64,000 nucleotides of DNA from an uncultured virus (IMG/VR IMGVR_UViG_3300030390_001258) (lineage: Duplodnaviria > Heunggongvirae > Uroviricota > Caudoviricetes): the IMG/VR virus record IMGVR_UViG_3300030390_001258. One strand, 5' to 3'. The stretch's first letter is position 1. Each line of letters opens with the position of its first letter. Both the position numbers and the translations under genes were made by a program. The notes under the pieces were generated by a model. That model made no database searches and was not told the DNA's origin. It saw only the letters and a list, made by a program, of their open reading frames with translations. Below, piece after piece: positions 18,407-26,246 of this stretch.

Positions 18407-18682
18407 ATGGAAGATTTAGTCTATGTAATGCAGGTCCAAGAGCCTGCACCAAACAAATCTGATGTGCTAATGCAATCAGTTCAGTTCCTTCGCTTAGGCG
18501 ATAGGAAAGTATATAGCTCAAGAGTGTTTGAGCTAAATCTTTATAAGAAAGGCCAAGTAGTTGGCTTATCTCAAAAGACTATCAAGGATAAAGAGTACGA
18601 TGTACTTCATCCTATGGTTTCCAAGACAGAGTCTCGGAAAGCAGACAAAGCCATTCAGGCTGCGTCTACTGAAGAAAACTAG
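18407..18682 (+). CDS. Early hypothetical protein
   Basis: ORF 18311-18682; ATG at 18407 (MEDLVYVM) follows an AT-rich leader and is the more plausible start. Confidence 0.55.
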   Translation: MEDLVYVMQVQEPAPNKSDVLMQSVQFLRLGDRKVYSSRVFELNLYKKGQVVGLSQKTIKDKEYDVLHPMVSKTESRKADKAIQAASTEEN

Positions 18683-18699
18683 CATAGCTAGTTTTTTTT
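18675..18699 (+). terminator. Intrinsic terminator
   Basis: AAAACTAGC-ATA-GCTAGTTTT followed by a T-run. Confidence 0.6.
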
Positions 18700-19294
18700 A
18701 ATTAAAGTTTATGTGTGTGAGTGGTCACCAACCCTCTCGCACACCATATTGACATAAATCCCAATGTATACAATCTTGTTACATTGGATAGTATAACATT
18801 AACCTAACCAGGACTATATGCTCTTGGTTGCAAACAGAAGCACCTCGTAAATATAAAAAACCATCCTACGGACAAGGGTTGAGGTGTGGAGTTTGCGTAA
18901 CATTTGGCCCTAGCTATGGGAAAAGTAAGATACCTAAACGATGAGATAGCAACTTCTATAAAAGGTGGATAAATCTTACAGATATTGGAGAACACATGAA
19001 GGGGGATAAATGACTTGTTCATTAAACCTGGTGGAACTAGTTCTTGATACGTCGGTCCAGACCCTTATCAACACCTAAGCATGTGTATAAACTGCTTATT
19101 TATAAGTGATGCGTCAACCCAAATGACTCTCGGATGAAAGAGTATTTAACCTAACGATCGGTTAGATGGTTTGTGAAATAACTGTAAAACGCATCACATT
19201 AACAAAAAGCTCTGGCAAAAGCTTCAAGAGGTAGCAAGCTAATCGCTTGTTACTCTCATTGCTTTAAATTAATTCTAACTTAATCATTAACAAA

Positions 19295-19606
19295 ATGAAA
19301 AGACTAAACTACATTGTTCTTGGATTGTTAACTGTCTCTCTTATAGTATTGACAGACAAACTGCACTTAGCAGAAATGAGTGACAAGTTAATATGTACTC
19401 TACTATGGAGTATATATGCTGTTATAACTTATGCTAGTTATTTACTACAAACACGTGAGTGGGATTTCAAACCTCAACTTACATTTGGTTGGATTGTAGG
19501 AGTTGCAATAGCAATAGAAAAAACAAAAGGATATTCATTCTCCTATCAAATAGTATTACCTTTTATGGTAATTGAATTAGCATGGTATAAACAACAAGAA
19601 AACTAA
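19295..19606 (+). CDS. Small multi-pass membrane protein
   Basis: 103 aa with 3-4 hydrophobic segments. Confidence 0.65.
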   Translation: MKRLNYIVLGLLTVSLIVLTDKLHLAEMSDKLICTLLWSIYAVITYASYLLQTREWDFKPQLTFGWIVGVAIAIEKTKGYSFSYQIVLPFMVIELAWYKQQEN

Positions 19607-19608
19607 TC

Positions 19609-19815
19609 ATGGCACATCCAAAATATAAAAAAGCAATTAGACAAGAAAATGCACAAGAACGTGCTAAACTACGTACTGACTTTCTAAATGAACATGGCCT
19701 TAAAGGCTATGTTCAAATTAGACAAGCAATACAAAGTAAGCATCCTAGTGGTGCTGTAAAAGAGAAAGCTAAATTAGATAAACTAATTAGTAGACTTAAG
19801 CATCATGCTAAATGA
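19609..19815 (+). CDS. Basic hypothetical protein
   Basis: 68 aa ORF in the early operon. Confidence 0.55.
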   Translation: MAHPKYKKAIRQENAQERAKLRTDFLNEHGLKGYVQIRQAIQSKHPSGAVKEKAKLDKLISRLKHHAK

Positions 19816-19985
19816 TAGCAACTATAAACTGTTCAGAGTGTGGCCACAATAAAGGCCATACTCTTGAACACGTTGGTCATGATACACTTGCAGAATGCAG
19901 TAATTGTGACCACGTTAACGACGTAATAACTGAATATCCAATAACTAAACAAACATTAACAGACTTTTATAACAAAAAATCATGA
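19812..19985 (+). CDS. 57-aa Zn-ribbon protein
   Basis: Hand translation MIATINCSECGHNKGHTLEHVGHDTLAECSNCDHVND...; ATGA overlaps at both ends. Confidence 0.65.
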   Translation: MIATINCSECGHNKGHTLEHVGHDTLAECSNCDHVNDVITEYPITKQTLTDFYNKKS

Positions 19986-20338
19986 AAAACAAGGAAATTT
20001 ACAACATCGTAGAAGAAATCTCTAAAAGCCAAGAATTTACACAAAAAAGCTTCGAGTCTGATGATCCAGCAAAAATTATCAATGTATTAAGACAACATGT
20101 AAGTACATTAATAAGTGTAATTTCTCGACAAAGTCAAGAACATAAAGAACTACGAGAAGTAACTAATATGCTTCAAAAGATAGAGAAAGCTAAATCAAGG
20201 TTTGTAGAAAGAGCAATAGACTCTACTACAAAAGAAGACTATCATGATGTTATGCCTTATGGTGTAAAAGATAGAGACATAGTTAAAATACAATCTATCC
20301 ATGTTAAAAAAGTAGGTAAAATAGATATAGAAGACTAA
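19982..20338 (+). CDS. Hypothetical protein
   Basis: 118 aa ORF, translationally coupled. Confidence 0.55.
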   Translation: MKNKEIYNIVEEISKSQEFTQKSFESDDPAKIINVLRQHVSTLISVISRQSQEHKELREVTNMLQKIEKAKSRFVERAIDSTTKEDYHDVMPYGVKDRDIVKIQSIHVKKVGKIDIED

Positions 20339-20478
20339 TGTTCTTTGAAGATGCACAATTTGCTTGGGATTTATATAGTATAAATCCTGAGCTAACGTGT
20401 ACTTGTGATGAGGTTCATACTTGTCAACAATGTCACGAAGAAGAAAACCAAACAAACACTAAAGACACAAAATCATGA
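20338..20478 (+). CDS. 46-aa Cys-containing peptide (CTC...CQQC)
   Basis: Hand translation MFFEDAQFAWDLYSINPELTCTCDEVHTCQQCHEEENQ...; TAATG and ATGA overlaps. Confidence 0.6.
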   Translation: MFFEDAQFAWDLYSINPELTCTCDEVHTCQQCHEEENQTNTKDTKS

Positions 20479-20771
20479 ATAACGGACTTAACACAATAAC
20501 ATATCTAATAAACCAATTAGTAGACGTAAGAGTAGCTTGCCAATTTTGGATAGATAAAGATGAGAAAACTCAAGATCATATCAATGAACTTGAAGCAAAA
20601 CTAAAAACAAGTGAAACTGAAAGTTTACAAAAAGATGCGCTTATTTATGACCTTCAAAAAACAGATGGTCATGCAACTGCTCAAATTTATCAAAAAGAAC
20701 TTGTTAAAGCTGAAAAGCGTATAAAAGAGCTTGAACAAAGTGTTGAACAGCTTGAAATAGAATTACAGTAA
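20475..20771 (+). CDS. Coiled-coil hypothetical protein
   Basis: 98 aa, heptad-rich. Confidence 0.55.
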   Translation: MNNGLNTITYLINQLVDVRVACQFWIDKDEKTQDHINELEAKLKTSETESLQKDALIYDLQKTDGHATAQIYQKELVKAEKRIKELEQSVEQLEIELQ

Positions 20772-20919
20772 AAACGTAGAAAGGTCGTGATATTCGACGT
20801 ATTCCTAAGCATGAAGACAAAAGGCTTATTTATATAATACCTATGTTGGGCTATCTCATGGCTATGAAGAGATGCGGAGACCAATGTAACACCAACCTGT
20901 TAGGTGATAGGTATTTTAA

Positions 20920-20998
20920 TGCGCAATAGAGCAGTCAGGTCAGCTCACCAAGAATATCATAACCTTGGATGTCGTAGGTTCGAATCCTACTTGCGCAA
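20920..20998 (+). tRNA. tRNA-Met(CAT)-like gene with an expanded anticodon loop and no encoded CCA
   Basis: Acceptor TGCGCAA/TTGCGCA, D arm GAGC/GCTC, anticodon stem CCAAG/CTTGG with loop AATATCATAAC, T arm GTAGG-TTCGAAT-CCTAC. Confidence 0.8.
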
Positions 20999-21059
20999 CT
21001 AAAAAGGTTGCTAGTATACCTTCGAAACTAGCATAAACATTTAAATACATGTAAACAAC

Positions 21060-21647
21060 ATGGCTAATCAATTAAATTCAGGAACAAAAGATTCCTTAGA
21101 AAAAGGTCAAACGTTATTAGTTAACGCTAGACAAATTGCAAACGGTAAAATCCAATTAGCATTTGCAGAAGTTCTTAAGTCAGATAAAGTACAAAATGTA
21201 CTATCTATGCTCAACAAATCAGATGAACGATTTAGTTCAAAAGCTCGTATGTCTTGGCAATCCGCTGAGCCAACAGATGCTCAAGAATTACTTGGTATCA
21301 ACTTTGGTGCAGATGCTCCTTGGTATGACTCTGAGCGTGGTAAAATGCTTGACTTAGATGTTCTTAACCCTACTATGTATGACAAACGTTGTCGAATTGT
21401 TGTATCAGAAACCTTAAAAGGTACTGAGTGGCAATTAGAAAACTTAGAAAAGTCTGCTAAACGTAAAGGTAAAGACGGAGAATACATCACTCATGATGGT
21501 AACTATATATTTGCTAACACAGATGTAATACTTACTAATGAGTCAACTGATGATCTCCATGTATATCTACAACCTGATTCAGCTAACTTAGCTATTACAT
21601 CAGGTAAATCTGCTGTGTTTACAGAAGAAAATATGGATATGCTTTAG
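21060..21647 (+). CDS. Hypothetical protein, possibly ssDNA/nucleic-acid binding
   Basis: 195 aa, beta-rich with an acidic tail; precedes polA; function inferred only. Confidence 0.5.
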   Translation: MANQLNSGTKDSLEKGQTLLVNARQIANGKIQLAFAEVLKSDKVQNVLSMLNKSDERFSSKARMSWQSAEPTDAQELLGINFGADAPWYDSERGKMLDLDVLNPTMYDKRCRIVVSETLKGTEWQLENLEKSAKRKGKDGEYITHDGNYIFANTDVILTNESTDDLHVYLQPDSANLAITSGKSAVFTEENMDML

Positions 21648-21657
21648 TATTAATTAT

Positions 21658-21710
21658 GTTAAGACAGTGTAAGGTTTTATTTAACGCCTTGACGCCAACA
21701 CTGTCTTAAC
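21658..21710 (+). terminator. Long hairpin (terminator or RNase III-type site)
   Basis: GTTAAGACAGTGT ... ACACTGTCTTAAC perfect 13-bp inverted repeat followed by TTAATTTTT. Confidence 0.55.
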
Positions 21711-21725
21711 TTAATTTTTCTTATT

Positions 21726-21959
21726 ATGGGATATATGAAATGGATTTATGTTATGGTTGCAAATAACAGCTATCACATATTTAAAATGATGTATCAACAA
21801 GCAGTTGATAAAAATATATCAGCATTTATGTTCGAAGGTTCAGAAATTAAGACATCTTATGCTAAATTTGTATGTCAATACGTAGACAAACATTGTATGC
21901 CTGAATATGAAGAACATATGATTCAAAATCAAACAGAACCTGATTTTCCTTTCGAATGA
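21726..21959 (+). CDS. Hypothetical protein
   Basis: 77 aa, overlaps the polA start. Confidence 0.5.
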   Translation: MGYMKWIYVMVANNSYHIFKMMYQQAVDKNISAFMFEGSEIKTSYAKFVCQYVDKHCMPEYEEHMIQNQTEPDFPFE

Positions 21960-23851
21960 TATATTTTGTAAATTACAATGAACAGATCTTTGAGAGTAAG
22001 CAGTTTTTCCCTGCTACTCTTAAAGAAGCTGTTAACTACTGCGCATCTAAAAATGTATTAGCAGTAGATACAGAAACTACAGGTTTAGATTTTACACACG
22101 ATAACATTACCATGTTTCAGATTGGTGATGATGTACATCAATATGTTATAGATGTGCGTGATCATCCTATCAGTGTGTTTAAAGATATACTTGAATCAAA
22201 AGATATTGTTAAAATATTCCATAACAGTAAATTTGATCTAAACTTTATACGTAGTAACAGTGATATAAAATGTAACAACATTTATGACACTATGCTTGTA
22301 GAGAAAGTTATAAATTGTGGTAAAGGTCTTAGTAACAGTCTAAAAAATGTAGTTAAACGCTACCTCGACATAGACTTAGAGAAAGGAACTCAATCATCAT
22401 TTATCAACAATCAATACGCTCAATTTACAACAAGTCAAATTATTTATGGTGCTAATGATGTTAAATATCTTATGGAAATAAGAGATAAACAAGAATCAGC
22501 TATCATAAAAAATAAACTAGAAAATGTTGTAGAATTAGAGAATAAATCTGTGTTAGCATTTGCTGATATAGAATATAATGGCCTTGAATTAGATAAAGAT
22601 AAGTGGGTTGCGTTAAGTAAGAAATCGCTTGTAAAAGCTGTATCACTTAAAGACACACTTAATCAGCATATAATAGAGGACCATAGAATGCAAAAGTTCA
22701 TACCTACATTTGTACAAGGAGATTTATTTGACACTGTTGACAAACAAATAGATGTCAATTGGGATTCACCTAAACAAGTGCTCGATGTATTTCAATGCAT
22801 TGTACCTAAACTAGAGAATGTAAACGGTAAAGGTCTGTATAAATACAGAAACAAATTCCCTCTTATAAATACTTACATCACATACAAGGAAAAGATGAAG
22901 ATAGCTACAAGCTATGGCGAAGCCTTCCTTAAGAATGTGCGTAAGAGTGGTAAAATACACACAAGCTTTAATCAAATACTTGACACTGGGCGTGTTAGTA
23001 GTTCTAGACCAAATATGCAGCAAATACCTGCAGACAATGCGTTTAGAAACTGCTTCATTGCACCTGATGGATGGTCGTTTGTGAGTGCTGACTATGCTTC
23101 CCAAGAACTGAATGTCATAGCTTTTGGTAGCCAAGATCCCGTGTGGATTAAAGCGTTAGAAGAAGGTCAGGACTTACACTCAACCTGTGCTGATTTAGTT
23201 TATGGTAAAGAGTGGTATGAAGCCGCTGAAGAGGACTGTGCTTATTTTGTAGGCGATGCTAAACTTAAATGTGAATGCTTTGGGCACAAGAAATTGCGTA
23301 CTAATGTAAAGACTATTAACTTTGGTCTTGCATATGGTATGGGCCCTAACAAGCTTGCTGATACATTACAAATATCTAAAGACGATGCAAAAAAACTCAT
23401 TGAAGATTACTTCAGTGCGTTCCCTAACATCAAAGGGTTCCTTGAGAAACTAGCTGACTTCGGTAAGCATTATGGTTACATCAAGACTTTCCCACCATTT
23501 AACCGCCGTCGTTGGTTTGTTACTTGGTTCCCAAAGATATGGAATGATGACTCAGCATCAATGGAGCTTAGCAGTATTGAGCGTGCATCGAAGAATACAC
23601 CAATTCAAGGTGCATCAGCAGATATGACTAAACTTGCGCTTGTGTATATTTACGAGTATTTGGCTGATAAGAATTTACCGGTCAAGATAGTGATGACTGT
23701 GCATGATCAAATAGATAGTATTTGTAGAGACGATTACATTGAGAAATGGTCAAAAACTCTTACATATCTAATGGAGAAAGCAGCAAACAAAGTAGTTACT
23801 AATGGTCTGCTTAAAGCAGATGTAAACGCAAGTAAAGTATGGGAGAAATAG
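21956..23851 (+). CDS. polA: Family A DNA polymerase with 3'-5' exonuclease
   Basis: Exo motifs DTETTGL, HNSKFD and YGANDV; polymerase motifs TGRVSSSRPNMQQIP, ADYASQE, KTINFGLAYG, NTPIQG and VHDQ. Confidence 0.95.
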   Translation: MIYFVNYNEQIFESKQFFPATLKEAVNYCASKNVLAVDTETTGLDFTHDNITMFQIGDDVHQYVIDVRDHPISVFKDILESKDIVKIFHNSKFDLNFIRSNSDIKCNNIYDTMLVEKVINCGKGLSNSLKNVVKRYLDIDLEKGTQSSFINNQYAQFTTSQIIYGANDVKYLMEIRDKQESAIIKNKLENVVELENKSVLAFADIEYNGLELDKDKWVALSKKSLVKAVSLKDTLNQHIIEDHRMQKFIPTFVQGDLFDTVDKQIDVNWDSPKQVLDVFQCIVPKLENVNGKGLYKYRNKFPLINTYITYKEKMKIATSYGEAFLKNVRKSGKIHTSFNQILDTGRVSSSRPNMQQIPADNAFRNCFIAPDGWSFVSADYASQELNVIAFGSQDPVWIKALEEGQDLHSTCADLVYGKEWYEAAEEDCAYFVGDAKLKCECFGHKKLRTNVKTINFGLAYGMGPNKLADTLQISKDDAKKLIEDYFSAFPNIKGFLEKLADFGKHYGYIKTFPPFNRRRWFVTWFPKIWNDDSASMELSSIERASKNTPIQGASADMTKLALVYIYEYLADKNLPVKIVMTVHDQIDSICRDDYIEKWSKTLTYLMEKAANKVVTNGLLKADVNASKVWEK

Positions 23852-24198
23852 TATTGACTCCATTCGAAATATTGTTCAAAGCTATACGCAAAGAGATGCG
23901 AATACAAAAGCATCAGATTTTAAGTAGAGATAGAACGCGTGATGTGTGTGAAGCAAGACAAATGTTTTGCCTTCTCGCACGCATGCATACTAAAAAGACT
24001 ACAGGAGAGATAGGTGAAGCTATTAAGCGGGACCACTCTACTGTTGTTTATGCTACTAAAAATATGCAAGGACTAGTTGCTGTAAGCAAGCGTCTAAGTA
24101 TAACTAGGAACTACATCGAATTAGATATAAAAGACAAACTAAGAGAACGTACGTATGTAAAAATATGTGAACATTGTAAACAGATAATACATGAATAA
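23839..24198 (+). CDS. DnaA C-terminal (domain IV) HTH protein
   Basis: ILSRDRTRDVCEARQMFC...GEIGEAIKRDHSTVVYA matches the DnaA domain IV signature. Confidence 0.8.
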   Translation: MGEIVLTPFEILFKAIRKEMRIQKHQILSRDRTRDVCEARQMFCLLARMHTKKTTGEIGEAIKRDHSTVVYATKNMQGLVAVSKRLSITRNYIELDIKDKLRERTYVKICEHCKQIIHE

Positions 24199-24451
24199 AG
24201 TTAGAAAAACTCAAGTAGATGCATTTGATAGTATCAAGCAAAAGCTAGGTGCTAAACAAAGAGCAGTTGCGCATGCCCTCAAAATACTGGGGGAAGCAAG
24301 CAACAAAGATCTGTCCAAAGCGTTGGGATGGCCAATCAATCGTGTAACTGGTAGGGTAACTGAACTAGTTAATCGTGGTATTGTAACCTCAAACTCAACT
24401 AAACGTGACCCTGAAACTAACAGGACGGTAACCGTATGGACACTAGCATAA
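24191..24451 (+). CDS. Winged-HTH DNA-binding protein
   Basis: SNKDLSKALGWPINRVTGRVTELVNRGIV. Confidence 0.75.
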   Translation: MNKVRKTQVDAFDSIKQKLGAKQRAVAHALKILGEASNKDLSKALGWPINRVTGRVTELVNRGIVTSNSTKRDPETNRTVTVWTLA

Positions 24452-25602
24452 AAACACACGCAGTCAAAGACACTGAACAAAGAGCCGCATTAAATGCATG
24501 GGCTTCTCACAACTTTAGAGGTAGTATAATAGCTGGTACTGGCTTTGGTAAATCTAGATGTGGCGTAGTTGCAATCAACTATGTCCTCAAACAGATACCC
24601 AAAGGTAGTGCACTCTTGCTTGTACCAACAGTACAACTGCAAGATCAGTTTAAAGAGGAGTTCATCAAGTGGGGATTTGAGCAGTGTCTCGACCGTGTGG
24701 ATATAATATGTTACCAGAGCGCATACAAATTAGTAGACAATCATTATGATATTGTAGTGTGTGATGAGGTCCATCTTGGTCTCTCACCTAAGTACCGCAA
24801 GTTCTTTAAGAACAATCAGTATGACCGTCTTCTATGTATGACTGCTACTCCACCTGAAGAAGAGGAGTACAGATTACTATTATTTAAATTAGCACCAACA
24901 GTATATAGAATAAGCATAGATGAGTGTGTAGAGCTTGGATTAGTATCACCGTACGAAATCCACTGCATACCTATTGACATGACTAATGAAGAGCAAACAG
25001 AATACAAACGCATCAATAAAAAGTTTGTTAAACATAAGTTAGCTCTTGGCCATGATGCATTCAATGCTGCACGTATTATACTAGCCTCTGCTAATAGTAG
25101 TGGGGAGATGAAAGCGCATGCTGCCGGATTCTACAGTGCTATACGTGAACGCAAGAAGATTGTAGACTGCGCAACCAACAAGGTTGAGAAGTTTAGAGAA
25201 ATTGTGTATGATAATTTAGATAACAGAATAATAACTTTTGGCGGTAAGAATTCATTTACCGATGAGCTAGCAGCAAGTGTTAGTCCACTAGCAGAAGTAT
25301 ATCACAGCAAGAGATCCGCAAAGCTTCGTAAAGAGGCATTGCGTAAGTTTAAGGAAGGGGAAGTAAATGTACTTTGCTCAACTAAAGCTCTGAATCAAGG
25401 CTTTGATGTACCTAATGCTAACGTGGGTGTAATCTGCGGCTTGACTAGTAAAGCTTTATCGATGGTCCAACGTGTTGGTAGGCTGATAAGGTTTGAAGAA
25501 GGCAAGAAAGGTCTTGTGTATGTCCTGTATGTTAAGGACAGTCAAGAAGAGAAATGGCTTAAAAACTCAGTCCAAAAGTTAAATGGAGTTAAGTGGTTGT
25601 AA
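24436..25602 (+). CDS. Superfamily 2 (DExH) helicase
   Basis: GTGFGKS, DEVH, TATP, QGFDVP, QRVGR. Confidence 0.9.
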   Translation: MDTSIKTHAVKDTEQRAALNAWASHNFRGSIIAGTGFGKSRCGVVAINYVLKQIPKGSALLLVPTVQLQDQFKEEFIKWGFEQCLDRVDIICYQSAYKLVDNHYDIVVCDEVHLGLSPKYRKFFKNNQYDRLLCMTATPPEEEEYRLLLFKLAPTVYRISIDECVELGLVSPYEIHCIPIDMTNEEQTEYKRINKKFVKHKLALGHDAFNAARIILASANSSGEMKAHAAGFYSAIRERKKIVDCATNKVEKFREIVYDNLDNRIITFGGKNSFTDELAASVSPLAEVYHSKRSAKLRKEALRKFKEGEVNVLCSTKALNQGFDVPNANVGVICGLTSKALSMVQRVGRLIRFEEGKKGLVYVLYVKDSQEEKWLKNSVQKLNGVKWL

Positions 25603-25621
25603 ATAATATTTAAACATACAT

Positions 25622-25652
25622 TTTGATATGCTAAATAATTTTATTACATTTG
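25622..25652 (+). promoter_or_regulatory. Bacteroidota sigma-A promoter (TTTG-N19-TACATTTG)
   Basis: Both consensus elements lie in the intergenic gap before the initiator/DnaB genes. Confidence 0.7.
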
Positions 25653-25694
25653 TAAATGCGTTATATGCCATTATAACAAAATCTTTTATATGCA

Positions 25695-26246
25695 ATGACT
25701 ATTGAACTAGATTTAAATATGCTTAAAGAGGTAGGTATGAGTCCTGATGACTTTACCTACCTTTATCTAGTTTATAAGAAAGGCAGTAAATATAACCCAC
25801 AGCTTAATCTTAAGCCAAACTTAGACAAATTACAAGAGAAAGGTTACGTTAAACTCGGAGATACATTCGAAGAACACGTTATTAGACACAAATTTCTTGA
25901 CTTATTCCTATCAGATTTTGGAAAAATGTTCAATGAGTTAACGTTAACCTATCCTCTTAAAGTAAACGCTGCAAACGGTGTCCGCATTCTTCATGCTAAA
26001 GATCCTAATGCTAAGTCAAATCAAAAAGCAAAAGCTCGTTACAAGAGAATTGTTGACGGCAAGCCCCATGTTCATAGAAAGATCATCGCTTGCCTGAATA
26101 CACAGCTCAAGTTGGAACGTAATAATTTAGCTTACTTGCAAAACTTAGAAACATGGATTAATAACCATACTTGGGAAAAGTATGAAAATTTAGATGAGAA
26201 TGACACACGAGACCAAACCAAACCACGCATCACAAGATCTCTTTAA
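25695..26246 (+). CDS. Putative replication initiator/helicase loader
   Basis: N-terminal wHTH-like part; C-terminal F...YP.K...YLQNLETWINN..W pattern of phage replisome organisers; directly upstream of DnaB. Confidence 0.55.
   Translation: MTIELDLNMLKEVGMSPDDFTYLYLVYKKGSKYNPQLNLKPNLDKLQEKGYVKLGDTFEEHVIRHKFLDLFLSDFGKMFNELTLTYPLKVNAANGVRILHAKDPNAKSNQKAKARYKRIVDGKPHVHRKIIACLNTQLKLERNNLAYLQNLETWINNHTWEKYENLDENDTRDQTKPRITRSL

Noticed and set aside
19106..19197. Hammerhead ribozyme
   Set aside because: The core CTGAnGA and GAAA motifs are not present in the required arrangement
21004..21036. preQ1-I riboswitch resemblance
   Set aside because: Lacks the canonical loop and long A-rich tail, and no queuosine genes are nearby; kept only as a generic pseudoknot
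13082..23851. Introns or inteins in terL or polA
   Set aside because: Both ORFs are continuous, of ordinary length, and show no intein or homing-endonuclease motifs
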